Below, piece by piece: positions 51,409 through 61,734 of a stretch of DNA of 64,000 nucleotides. Each line of letters begins with the position of its first letter. Within the stretch, counting starts at the first letter, position 1. The notes under the pieces were generated by a model. It was not told where the DNA came from, made no database searches, and saw nothing but the letters and a program-made list of their open reading frames with translations. A program made the translations under genes and the position numbers. The DNA is from Candidatus Bathyarchaeota archaeon (lineage in GTDB: Archaea; Thermoproteota; Bathyarchaeia; Bathyarchaeales; Bathycorpusculaceae), in assembly GCA_963833575.1 (NCBI GenBank), contig CAWHXY010000007.1, positions 128,001 through 192,000 of the forward strand, in the 5' to 3' direction.

Positions 51409-51569
51409 AGCTACCCCCGAGTTGTTTTGCGTGTGTACAGATGTAAACCCTGATGTGTTTATTAAGTATTACGATACAATGATATTGATTTGAAAATAAG
51501 AAAAAACTATATCGATTTAAGTTGTTTAAAATTATTATTTTATGTTTTATGAGAGATAGGAAAAGGGGT

Positions 51570-51914
51570 TTAGTAGGGAATCATTGCTTGGTTACGTGCT
51601 TCCTCTACTATAGGTAAGACTTGTCTAAGTTCCTTGAAGTACTTTAGAACAGTTATACCACGTTGTGTAACGGCGTAGACAACTCGTCTTTTTCCAACGG
51701 TTCGCTCTTCAACCAAACCTTGTTTTATGAGGAAATCAAGGTATTCTTTTAGGACGCTGCAGTTAACGTTTGCTTTGTACATTACATGTGTTAGCTTTAG
51801 CGGTCCTCTGTGGGCTAGAACCGTTAGGATGTCAACATACATTTCTAGTTTTGAACGGCGCACTTTATACGACTCCTCTTTTTTGCCATTATTCAGGTTT
51901 TTAATATAAATCAT
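51570..51914 (-). CDS. HTH_45-family winged-helix regulator
   Basis: RRSKLEMYVDIL, THVMYKANVN, YAVTQRG. Confidence 0.85.
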   Translation of the reverse strand: MIYIKNLNNGKKEESYKVRRSKLEMYVDILTVLAHRGPLKLTHVMYKANVNCSVLKEYLDFLIKQGLVEERTVGKRRVVYAVTQRGITVLKYFKELRQVLPIVEEARNQAMIPY

Positions 51915-51953
51915 TTATGTATTAGTAATCAATATTGAGTCCATGTTATTTTA

Positions 51954-52133
51954 CTAGTTGTCATGTTTTTCGGTTGCTTTGTTTAACACATTTAATCTAT
52001 TTTCGAATGCTGTAACCATGTCATCTAGCAATATTTTGCGCAATTCTGTCGTTAATCCATTGATTTCCGCTTGGAAGACATTTCCTAATTTAGCTTCCAG
52101 TTCTTTTCTATCTCTTTCTGCAATTTGTTTCAA
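51954..52133 (-). CDS. small helical protein (59 aa, not in ORF track)
   Basis: MKQIAERDRKELEAKL...ILLDDMVTAFENRL; upstream ggagg RBS. Confidence 0.6.
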   Translation of the reverse strand: MKQIAERDRKELEAKLGNVFQAEINGLTTELRKILLDDMVTAFENRLNVLNKATEKHDN

Positions 52134-52706
52134 TTACTTTCCTCCCAAATATTCCATAGCAAACAAATAGCAAAAGCTATTTAACTAACTTATGAAAGCA
52201 ACCTATGTATCCAAAATTAAGACCTAAGAACAAAAACCCCTCTAACTTTATTATTACTGTTCCGCTTTTTTGCTCGCGTTCAGCTTTTTCTTAATTTTTT
52301 ACGGTTTCCGCTCAATCGGCTTAGTTATTTATTGTTATTGATAAACGATAAAAAATTATTAAGCATTAGTGCGGACAATAAGAGACAGATACGTAGCTTG
52401 TGTTTTTAGAAAAATATGTTAATTCTATTTGTTATGCCCTGCATCAGTAATTTTGTAGGCTTTCTTTTGTTAGCTATGTTACTAACTTTGTGTATTCTAA
52501 TTTTGGTTTTGGAATTTGTTGCAAACCCGCCAAATGGCTGCTAGATGGTTTGCTTTGGACAAATGATTGGATTAATCATAAATCGTTTTGAAAAGAGTTG
52601 TTGTTATTTCACAGTCACAAACTAATTTAAACATCAATTACTATGAATTATAAGGCAAGAAAAGCCTTAATCAACAATTTAACGTAGGTTTGGAAGTATT
52701 CTTTTT

Positions 52707-52943
52707 ATGTTAATTCCTGTAAAGGAGAAATCTTGGAAAGTTTTGCTTATTGAAGGGCACGTTTTTAATGATCAAGTTAGAGCCGAAAAATGTGAAAACT
52801 GTAAATCAACAAGTGAGGTATTAACAACTAACCATAGCAACCCTAACTTGCTGCTTTACGGTTGCAGAAACAGCAAATGTAGACACAATCTCTTGCGTTT
52901 GGATTTTAACTCAGAAATACCTCAGACAATAAGTAGTTCTTAG
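52707..52943 (+). CDS. small Cys-containing hypothetical protein
   Basis: CENC...CRNSKC. Confidence 0.4.
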   Translation: MLIPVKEKSWKVLLIEGHVFNDQVRAEKCENCKSTSEVLTTNHSNPNLLLYGCRNSKCRHNLLRLDFNSEIPQTISSS

Positions 52944-53087
52944 AACGACAAAAAAAAGGTCTATCTTGTATTATTAGCCTTCTAAATATGCTTGAATCTA
53001 CGTTATTGGTTTGTAGCAATCTGAATTAGACGCATTATTTGCATAAAGCAAATTTGAAAATGCGAAAGAAAAGAGAATGTATAACTT

Positions 53088-53339
53088 TTAGGTTTTGCCA
53101 AACCACTTCTCAAGCCATAGTTCAAACGATGAAAGACATTCTTTGCGCCAAGCCGTTTCTGATTCTTCTTTCAAACAACTCGCAAACTCCAACAGATTAG
53201 TAATTTCTGCCTTTGCCTCTAAAAGCAACGCTTCAACGTCATCAAGCATATCGTTTCCGCCAGCAGAATAATCTTTCACAGATGCTTTCAAAAAAGCTCT
53301 TTTTTGCTTAATTAACTGCTCAATTTTACCTTCAGACAT
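53088..53339 (-). CDS. hypothetical protein
   Basis: 83-aa ORF with ggtga RBS; ends WLEKWFG. Confidence 0.6.
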   Translation of the reverse strand: MSEGKIEQLIKQKRAFLKASVKDYSAGGNDMLDDVEALLLEAKAEITNLLEFASCLKEESETAWRKECLSSFELWLEKWFGKT

Positions 53340-53547
53340 ACCAACTTCACACCTTATTCTAAACCATTAGATAATATTTCTAAAATAGTTGTTTCTTTTA
53401 AGAGTTAAAGATTGTTCTATCTATTCTTTATCTCTTATTTTGTCGATAGTCAGATTAAAATATGTAGTTCTGCTGTCATTTTTGTTCAGTCCATTTCAGG
53501 TTGCGTTTTTGATTTGGGCTATGAGTTGGTTGCAGGTTGATACTTTT

Positions 53548-53595
53548 TTTGACATTATTTGACATGATTTGACATTTTTAGACATTATTAGACAA
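53548..53595. repeat. five tandem 10-bp repeats
   Basis: gacattattt gacatgattt gacattttta gacattatta gacaa. Confidence 0.85.
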
Positions 53596-53871
53596 TGGAG
53601 TAACAAAGTGAAAATATGGTCTCTAAAATTATATTTTTTTATCAGTTTGCTAACAGTTGTTTTGTTGATTTAGGACTTGAACTATAGAGTTTTCGTTATT
53701 GTTTGTCAGAATTGATTAAAAAAATCATTTTAAAAATGAATAGCTGAAAAATCTTTGTCCACATGAAATTATGGCGCGGTCTTCAGGTTTAAACTGGATT
53801 TTTAGTTAGCATTCAGTGTCCTTGACAAAACTTTCACGACAAATTTGTCTCATAGAGTTTGGGGGTAGCGT

Positions 53872-55749
53872 CTATTTTGGTTTGTCGAGGAGGTAGGTCT
53901 CTTGAACGGAAGCTAATTTCCTTATGATTTCTCTTTCTCTGATTGTAGCTATTAGTTTTCCGTTGTCGTTTACAATTGCAAGTATAGGCAAGCAGGTTTG
54001 TCGAAAGACTTCTGCGAGGTTTAAAACTAATTCATTTCCTGCAACGGTTGCGACCTGATTTGAAGCGTATTCCTTTGCAGTACATGTGTTTAGTTCATCT
54101 TCACTCAACGCTATAATGTCACGAAGAAATATTGTTCCAGTTGGGATAGTATCATTATTTACAACTATGGCGGCCGAAGCGTCTAAATCAAGACATTTTT
54201 TCAAAACGACTTTCAGGGGATCATTCGTCTTCACTACTACATCTGGTAACTCAGTACTGATTTCAATTGCAGTCAAGTTACTTATCCTCTGCCATCCCAT
54301 ACTTGCAGGCTTTGTAGCCTTTGCGCGGGTTGTTGGAATCTGAAATGCTATTTCTTTAACGTCTGAAAGAAGATAACCAACAACAATCCATCCTAAGAAA
54401 AAAGATACGTAGAGCAGCACAGCGGAAAGCAACGAGAAAACAAGAACAAATGCAGTTATTACAACAGAGGAGAGAGCGAGGGCGATTTCTCCAAACGGAT
54501 AAAGTATCGTTCGTAACGAACTGAAACCACCAAACAGTTTCCTCTTCACTCTACGTACGCTAACTCTTAACAGGGAAAAGTTCGCAGCTAAATGAATGAA
54601 CAACTCGCCGAAGATCGATGTTGTTCCAAGAGCAATAAACGCAACAGATGGTTGGAATGGAATTAATAGTAACGTTGAAATTAGTAAAGACGCCATCCCA
54701 GCGGACAGGTTAGCGACGATTGGTTGTCCACCACGTTGTTTAGACAAGAAGCTTGGGAGAGCATGGTCTAAACTCATCTTGAATATCGTCCGCGAAGCTG
54801 CTGCAGAAAGGGAAAGAACTGCCAGTACCCCATCGTTTATTGCGGCAACTGCTAGGATGAAGACAAAGTATTTTCCAAAATTGCCAAAATACGTGTTTAC
54901 TAAATTGATAACTACAAGACCGCTTCCGGATGAAACGCTGTAAATATTAACTCCATTTGCAACAAGCAGGTTAATGAGCCCGTATATGAAAATCGCAGCA
55001 AGAGAACCGCCGATGATTATGACGGATATCATAGTCCTGCCTACCACCTTTTCAGCGCTGATGACTTCTCCCGAGATAGGAGCAATAGCACTATATCCCA
55101 AGGGTATACCCATTGCGAATACAATAGCTAGAGCCAGTTGTCCCGTCGATATGCTCGTTGCTCCAGGAAAGGATATTGGTGAGTAAAACGAGAAGTGAGA
55201 AAAGTAAATTGAAAACAAGAAGAAGCCTATCAAAACAATTATTTCAATTACTCCTGCAAGGACAGCATACATCGCTGAAGGTTTTATTCCGAAAATCAGG
55301 AAAATAAACGCTGGAATCGTTATTGCAAGAGCAACAATGACAGGTGATATTCCGAACACGTAGTTGATGACATATACCGCTCCTATAACGTAGGCTGATC
55401 CGAAAAGGATAGAGAAATAAAGATACATCCATCCAGTCTGGAAGCCGAAACGCTCTGACAGCAAATGAATGGCATAAGTGTAATAGCCACCGAAAGATGT
55501 AAAACGCTTAGAAAGTCTCTGAACTACCAATCCATTTACAAGAACAACCGCTGCCCCTATTAGAATAATTATTGGAGCGAAGTATCCTCCTAAACTTAAC
55601 GCCACTGCACCATAAGTCAACAAGCTGAGAAGCGGCGATTGCCCTCCAAAAGAGAGGAAAAAAGCATCGCGGAATGAAAGCTGCCGCTTGAGATCTTTGC
55701 TCGGTTTGTTGTCTACTGATTTCGTATCCGCCGTTGACTCGTTTACCAA
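53872..55749 (-). CDS. APC-family amino acid permease with C-terminal CBS pair
   Basis: LKRQLSF, GGYYTY, SRTIF.M..D..LP; about 12 TM helices; CBS-like tail. Confidence 0.85.
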   Translation of the reverse strand: MVNESTADTKSVDNKPSKDLKRQLSFRDAFFLSFGGQSPLLSLLTYGAVALSLGGYFAPIIILIGAAVVLVNGLVVQRLSKRFTSFGGYYTYAIHLLSERFGFQTGWMYLYFSILFGSAYVIGAVYVINYVFGISPVIVALAITIPAFIFLIFGIKPSAMYAVLAGVIEIIVLIGFFLFSIYFSHFSFYSPISFPGATSISTGQLALAIVFAMGIPLGYSAIAPISGEVISAEKVVGRTMISVIIIGGSLAAIFIYGLINLLVANGVNIYSVSSGSGLVVINLVNTYFGNFGKYFVFILAVAAINDGVLAVLSLSAAASRTIFKMSLDHALPSFLSKQRGGQPIVANLSAGMASLLISTLLLIPFQPSVAFIALGTTSIFGELFIHLAANFSLLRVSVRRVKRKLFGGFSSLRTILYPFGEIALALSSVVITAFVLVFSLLSAVLLYVSFFLGWIVVGYLLSDVKEIAFQIPTTRAKATKPASMGWQRISNLTAIEISTELPDVVVKTNDPLKVVLKKCLDLDASAAIVVNNDTIPTGTIFLRDIIALSEDELNTCTAKEYASNQVATVAGNELVLNLAEVFRQTCLPILAIVNDNGKLIATIREREIIRKLASVQETYLLDKPK

Positions 55750-56048
55750 ATTCGGAATTCACCGACACAAGTTGTTCTCTTAGGGTCTCAAAAATACCTA
55801 TAACAACCAAATCTTTATACCATTTTAATATTTCTCTTAAAACGATTTTTGACTAGCCTTTCCGTCTTCATTGTCAATCTAAAGTTTTGACCATCGATCA
55901 TTGATTTCATTTCTTTTAGCCATTGCAAAGCCATTTGTTAATGAATTTCGTTGAACTGCCAAAATCAATCTTAGAGAGCTAAAACTTATTTCTAGAGTGG
56001 CTATACTCCTTGAAAAACTTGAATTGGAATAAAACAGTGCAATTACAA

Positions 56049-56122
56049 TGCGGTAACCGGGATTTGAACCCGGGTCCTAGACTTGGCAAGCCTATGTACT
56101 AACCAAGCTGTACTATTACCGC
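56049..56122 (-). tRNA. tRNA-Gly(GCC)
   Basis: GCGGTAA...TAGGC-TTGCCAA-GTCTA...GTTCAAATC...TTACCGCA. Confidence 0.93.
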
Positions 56123-56618
56123 ATCTAGTGGCTTTACGCAACAATTCTGAATACTTCCTAATAAACTATGGTTTTCGTCTTGGCATTACTCAATCTCTTT
56201 TGTCGTGCCGTTGCTTTTGCATCTATCAAATTAGGTATTGAAATACTTGGAGATCTCTATTTGGACTGGAATAAAATAAGCTAAGTTTATTGTTTTCAGA
56301 TTGGTTAGATTTCGAATTATATTCAACAGATAACCTTTTTTTGGGCTGACATAAAGAGTTGAAGATGATTAAAATGGGCAAAAAACCGAAAGAGCAGGCG
56401 GTCTTATTGTTTGCTGTTTGAGCTTTGGGGCAAGAGTTAGACCCGACCCAAGCAACCATATATTGAATATACTGTTTTCTTGCCAACACAAGCCATTTGA
56501 TATCTTTGCTTTTGAAGCTTTATTATGTGAACTAACAACGAAACTTGCTCCAAGATTCTTTATAAAATCTTCATAGATTTTAAAAAGGTATGGAATAACT
56601 ATCAATAAAGCAGCAGGT

Positions 56619-57217
56619 TTGACAATGGATTTCTTGAAAAAATTCACAGACAAATTTACAGCCTCAGAAGCCACAGTTCAGTTGAAACTTACCAATTACT
56701 CTGTCTCCCTAGGCGAAAACCTTCAAGGAACACTCAACGTAGCTTCAAGAGAAGACTTTGACACAACAGAAGTACGATGCGAAATTGTGTGCACTGAACA
56801 AGCAAAAGTCATAAAAAACGTCTACGACCCCGCACTCAAAACATCAATCCAAAATTGGTAGATGAAACAGCCACAATATTCAACATAAAACCCTTACTTT
56901 CAGTACCAACGCATTTTGCAAACGGAGAAAGCCGCGACTTTCCAATCAACATTAACATTCCAGCGGGTTGAACTCCAACATCCCAAAACATAGACCGCAG
57001 GGTCACATGGACAATGAAAGACGTGCTCGCTGTCGACGGAAGACCGGACCGCACTAGCCAAGCTACCGAAATTCAAGTAATCGCTCCTACTTTGCAACCG
57101 ACAATACAAAGAGAAGTCATCCGAACCGTGGTTGTGATTCCCTGTAAATACTGCCAAGGTCTCATGGACCAAACACTTACTGTTTGCCCCAACTGCGGAG
57201 CAAAAAGAACAATATAA
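56619..57217 (+). pseudogene. Spo0M/arrestin-N-like protein with C-terminal zinc ribbon, disrupted
   Basis: LGENLQGTL...; frameshift near 56855 and TGA near 56970; C-terminal CKYC...CPNCGA. Confidence 0.6.
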
Positions 57218-57238
57218 AAGAAAAAATGTTGGGTGTCC

Positions 57239-59044
57239 CTATATTTCGATTGATTTGCCATATTTAGGCAAAATAACCTTGCCAGCAAACATGCTCTCAA
57301 ACAGGTTAGGTTTAGTGGTATGGATAGGAATTATTGTCTTGGGATTTATTTTCTCTATCAGCTCTTTAAGTTCACTTTGTGATGCGTGACCTGAAACATG
57401 TCGGCGAACAAAGATTTTCTGTCCTTTTTCAATTTGATAGTCATATGAAATTTTAAAGAAACCAAGCCAATTAACCATTTTTGTTTCGTCGATTTCCATC
57501 TCTTCATTGAAGGGCTCGGTTGAAGCAGAAATATACCGAGTTTTATGTTGATTATCAAGAGGAATTAAGTCGAAAAGCTCGTTAGCATCCCAATAACTGA
57601 ACATTAATACATATTTTTCAGGGTTCGCTCGAATCTGATACGCTCTAACCCCATTGTCTAAATGATGAGTAGCCAACTGGTAGAGTTCCTTGTAATCATA
57701 AGCTTCATGAGCGCAAGACTTAGGCAGCGGATTTTTGGGATTATCCGGGTTGCCCCCTATACCTAACCTTTCAGCAACTCGAACAATGTTGACATCATCT
57801 TGTGCAATGTTTCTACCGTGAAAGTGCAGATAACCCATCTTATACTTATCATAATCAGCTTTCGAATAAAGAAGGTCACCTTCCCGCTTCAAATAAACCT
57901 TAAGATGTTCCATTGATCTTGGATCGGCATATTCATTTGGAAAGTTGTAGAACATTTCAAAAAGAAGATATGCCAGCTTAGAAGAAATAACCAGAGTCCG
58001 ACCATTTTCTTTTGCTGCCAAATAAACAGTGTTGAAACGGGTCAAATCTTTCCAACCAAAATTTATCAAGACTAACCCTTCACATCGGTTAATATCAGCA
58101 CTTATGTCTCTGCCAATTTTTTCCTCCGTCAAAACATCAGCACTATCGATTCTGGTTCCCTCCGTAATCAAAATATCTACTGAACCACCAACCAAACCAA
58201 CATATTCCTCGATCGAAATCTCACCTGCACCGTGAAACCTCACATCCCCCGTATACAGAATACGTTTTCCTTTTGGAAGAGTAAAGAGCACTGAACAGGC
58301 ACCTGGCACTGAATGCCCAACTGGAATCAATTTGTACTTAATTCCCTTAATCTGTCCTTCAGAAACCGTGTTAAACATCCGATACTTAGGCGCAATATCA
58401 TATGTAAAACGGAACCTAGTTTTAGGATCATAAACAATCGGATGTTCAGCTTCTTTCTCTTCACAGCAAGAATACTCGCCAGGACAAAGCGTCTTAAAAC
58501 CTTGCTCCTTCGGTTTTATCATAAAAGTTTTAGCAACCTTGTAATACTGATCATCAACCCCGGAAACTGAAACATCCGTCATCGCTTTGGCTAAAACCTT
58601 TGTTTTTTCAGTGCAGAAAACTGGAATACATGGATCAAGAAAACTGACATCTTGAATATGGTCAAAATGAGCATGCGAAACAAAGACAGCATCAACAGCT
58701 GGATGCTCTGAGTTACATGGACAAACATCTGTGGTTTTCCAATAATCCAATGCATCGTCTAATGGCACTTTTTCTTTAGCTTGATCGCTTTCAAACATAA
58801 CAGTCATATCAATGAGGTGGGGCGAATAGATACCGTCAATTTTAGGCAAAATGCCCAGTCGAAGCATGTCGCGCAGGGCGTTTTTGGAACGGGCCATCAG
58901 GAACTCTGAAAAGAATTTGCTATATTCACCCATTCTTCTGCCAAAATCTAAAAGAGCTGCTCCATCTTCAGTTTGGAGCAAGATTTTATTGCCGCCAATT
59001 TCATCTACTCCACCATAAAAAGTGAGTTTAGCAGTCATGACCAT
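57239..59044 (-). CDS. beta-CASP/RNase J-like metallo-beta-lactamase
   Basis: GGVDEIGGN, SHAHFDH, GHSVPG, YTGD.R.HG, HVSGHAS, IPIHT. Confidence 0.88.
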   Translation of the reverse strand: MVMTAKLTFYGGVDEIGGNKILLQTEDGAALLDFGRRMGEYSKFFSEFLMARSKNALRDMLRLGILPKIDGIYSPHLIDMTVMFESDQAKEKVPLDDALDYWKTTDVCPCNSEHPAVDAVFVSHAHFDHIQDVSFLDPCIPVFCTEKTKVLAKAMTDVSVSGVDDQYYKVAKTFMIKPKEQGFKTLCPGEYSCCEEKEAEHPIVYDPKTRFRFTYDIAPKYRMFNTVSEGQIKGIKYKLIPVGHSVPGACSVLFTLPKGKRILYTGDVRFHGAGEISIEEYVGLVGGSVDILITEGTRIDSADVLTEEKIGRDISADINRCEGLVLINFGWKDLTRFNTVYLAAKENGRTLVISSKLAYLLFEMFYNFPNEYADPRSMEHLKVYLKREGDLLYSKADYDKYKMGYLHFHGRNIAQDDVNIVRVAERLGIGGNPDNPKNPLPKSCAHEAYDYKELYQLATHHLDNGVRAYQIRANPEKYVLMFSYWDANELFDLIPLDNQHKTRYISASTEPFNEEMEIDETKMVNWLGFFKISYDYQIEKGQKIFVRRHVSGHASQSELKELIEKINPKTIIPIHTTKPNLFESMFAGKVILPKYGKSIEI

Positions 59045-59129
59045 TTCCAGAAGGCCAGTTACAGGTTAACTTACTTTAATAATTTGCCTATTAAGTTAGA
59101 ATCTGTTTGTTTCTCGAAAGCTAAATTTG

Positions 59130-59488
59130 TGCAGACTCATATTTTGGCTTTGGAGACATTTCGCTCATTTTTTTTACATTGGCAATTTGTTTTTTCACAT
59201 CTTCGATTCCAGATCGGAATGTCTGTAGAGGAATCACTTCCAACTGTTTTGTGCCCAAAATGGCAAACTTTATAGTAAACTGCTTAGTTCTTCTGCAGAT
59301 TGTGCTTCAATTATTATTAATCCCGCTCTTTGAGCTGCGAACAATTCTCCTACAACCTTCTGTTTTTCTTCCCAATCCTTTATCATTTCAATGCTAGGCA
59401 ACAAAGTCTTTTCAGAAACCATTACAAAATTCGCGGGATCAATTGGACCACTATAATCAATACTTTTTCCAATAACCAAAAACTTCAA
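59130..59488 (-). pseudogene. muconolactone-isomerase/DUF3303-like protein, disrupted
   Basis: MKFLVIG...GLIIIEAQSAEELSSLL*SLPFW then frameshifted WEVIPL; 3' end approximate. Confidence 0.55.
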
Positions 59489-59708
59489 AATATTCACCGT
59501 AAAATTTAAAGATTCTCTGATCTTTAAGAATATTTGATTTAGATACAACACCAACATTACTTTCTTTGCTAATGTTTTTTCCATAGGGTATCATTTTATA
59601 ACAAAAAGATTACGAATGAATTCACTCTGTGACTAGTTCATTAGGTCGTCTTACCTAACATAATCACGGAAGCAGAAAGACTGTGATTCGCAGGAGATCG
59701 CGACAGAT

Positions 59709-60071
59709 ATGAACCCAGTTGACACGGGGAAAGACGCTGAGAAAGCGCCGTTTTGTGAATATGCCACAGCTGTGACTGGGATAGGCGAATTTGAATTAAG
59801 TATTCGTGAGTGCGGCAATCAAACTTGTCCCAAATCTATTTTCTCTAATCCGTCCATCTACGAAGGATGCCCCCAGCGGTTGAAGAACAAAAGAGAGGGC
59901 GTGGTTTTAAATCAAAGTGAACCGAAAAAAGTTTTCGTTCGCGTTCATTCGAAACAAGAGTCTGTAGCTAAATTCACCGGAATTGGCTGTAACGGCTGTC
60001 AATACAAAGCAGGTTCTTATTGTTGGGGACAATGTACATTCAACATTTGGAAGAGAAAATCTGATTGGTAG
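59709..60071 (+). CDS. Cys-rich hypothetical protein
   Basis: 8 Cys residues including CNGC.Y...YC..QC. Confidence 0.55.
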   Translation: MNPVDTGKDAEKAPFCEYATAVTGIGEFELSIRECGNQTCPKSIFSNPSIYEGCPQRLKNKREGVVLNQSEPKKVFVRVHSKQESVAKFTGIGCNGCQYKAGSYCWGQCTFNIWKRKSDW

Positions 60072-60729
60072 TGCTTTAAGTAGGGTTTTTGAAAAAACGT
60101 GAATGCTGCTTAACCATCAGACCGTTAGGAGAACACTAATAATCTTGATCCTTTATTTCAGATAGCTAGGTCGATTCATTTTTGTTCAGTTTCTATCGTA
60201 ATTGAATTAACATTCTCGAAAAATTAAGAACTGACCAATCTAAGACAGTTTCTGTTTAGAGTGCAATAAGAAAATATTGGGTGAGGCTTAAGAAACAGAA
60301 AGAATGTTTCTTTTCCGTAGCCTTTGGATAGCGTCTGGGGTTTCAATGCCGAATTTGGCGGTCAGCTCTTTCAAGGTAGAATTGTTTTTCTTGAGCAATT
60401 GTTTAATGATACTCTTTTGGAAGCTTCCTCAATGAAACCTGGTTCGTCTTAATAGGGAAACTCTTTGTTCAATCATATCCGCTCAGATTGAACTATGCAT
60501 AGTTTAAACTTTTGTTTTTAAACATCAGCTGGCAACTCCTTGTGGTCCGACCAATAAACTTTCGAAGAATGCTTTTTAATTTTTATATCAACAAGCAACA
60601 ATTAATCATTGTCGTTTTTCCGGTTATATTGGAAATTCTAATCTTGACTTTTCGCTTTCTTGCTGTTGTAGCTAGCTAGCAGTCACATAAGGTTATTTTA
60701 TCAAATGCAAAAGTAGGTATAGAACGCTT

Positions 60730-61728
60730 ATGACAGACATCATTACTGTAAAGAACCTTGTTGAAGTCTATTCTGATGGAACCAAAGCCGTTGACGACAT
60801 CACTTTTAATGTAAGCGAAGGAGAGTTTTTCGGTTTTCTGGGCCCAAACGGAGCTGGAAAAAGCACAACAATCAAAATTCTAACGACGCTCCTGAAAAAA
60901 ACATCAGGCACCGTCTCAATCGCAGGATTCGACGTTGATAAGCAAGCACCTGAAATCCGCAAAATCATCGGCGTTCAAAGTCAAGAAACCTCCATCGACG
61001 GCGACTTGACAGGCAGAGAAAATATAACTCTTCAAGGTCATTACCACCAAATGGACAGCGGCGACATCAAAAAACGTGTAAATGAACTTATTGCCTTGGT
61101 AGGTTTAGAAGCAGCCGCCGATAGACGCGCAAGAAACTACTCTGGCGGGATGAAAAAACGCCTCGACCTTGCCACCGCTCTTGTCCACAAACCCAAAATG
61201 TTGTTTTTGGATGAGCCTACAACGGGTTTGGACCCTCAATCGCGGTCAGCTATATGGAGCTATCTGGAAAAATTAAACAAAGAAGAACAGATAACAATAT
61301 TCTTAACGACCCAGTATCTGGAAGAAGCTGACAAATTATGTAAAAGACTTTCGATAATTGATGTTGGAAAAATAGTTGCGAGCGGCTCTCCAGTAGAGTT
61401 GAAACATGAAATTGGTGCTGATTCCATCAGAATTTCGCTTGAGAACTGCCAAAGAGACAACAATAAAGCAAAAGAACTCATAAAAACCCTTACAGGAGTC
61501 AACGAAATTATAGATTCTGAAGAATGCCTAACAGTATACGCCAAAAACGCTGGACTGTTAATAGCGGATATTGTGCGAGCCTTAGACAGCACCGACATTC
61601 GGATTGGGTCAGTAATATTTTCTTCGCCATCTCTGGATGACGTCTTTATGAAGCACACCGGCAAAAGAATACGAACGGAAGAACTAGTTAAGGCCCCAAG
61701 CGCCATGTGGGGCGGTGCAAGGAGATGA
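60730..61728 (+). CDS. ABC-2 exporter ATP-binding subunit (DrrA-like)
   Basis: GPNGAGKST, YSGGMKKR, LFLDEPTTGLDP, PSLDDVF. Confidence 0.93.
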   Translation: MTDIITVKNLVEVYSDGTKAVDDITFNVSEGEFFGFLGPNGAGKSTTIKILTTLLKKTSGTVSIAGFDVDKQAPEIRKIIGVQSQETSIDGDLTGRENITLQGHYHQMDSGDIKKRVNELIALVGLEAAADRRARNYSGGMKKRLDLATALVHKPKMLFLDEPTTGLDPQSRSAIWSYLEKLNKEEQITIFLTTQYLEEADKLCKRLSIIDVGKIVASGSPVELKHEIGADSIRISLENCQRDNNKAKELIKTLTGVNEIIDSEECLTVYAKNAGLLIADIVRALDSTDIRIGSVIFSSPSLDDVFMKHTGKRIRTEELVKAPSAMWGGARR

Positions 61729-61734
61729 ATAAAA

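Noticed and set aside
53548-53595. possible CRISPR array
   Set aside because: The units are 10 bp with no spacers, and no cas genes or repeat-spacer arrays were seen anywhere in the window.
52200-56049. island integrated at tRNA-Gly
   Set aside because: No duplicated tRNA-Gly 3' end or integrase was found in the window.
60280-60480. minus-strand ORF remnant
   Set aside because: Too fragmented to assign a family.
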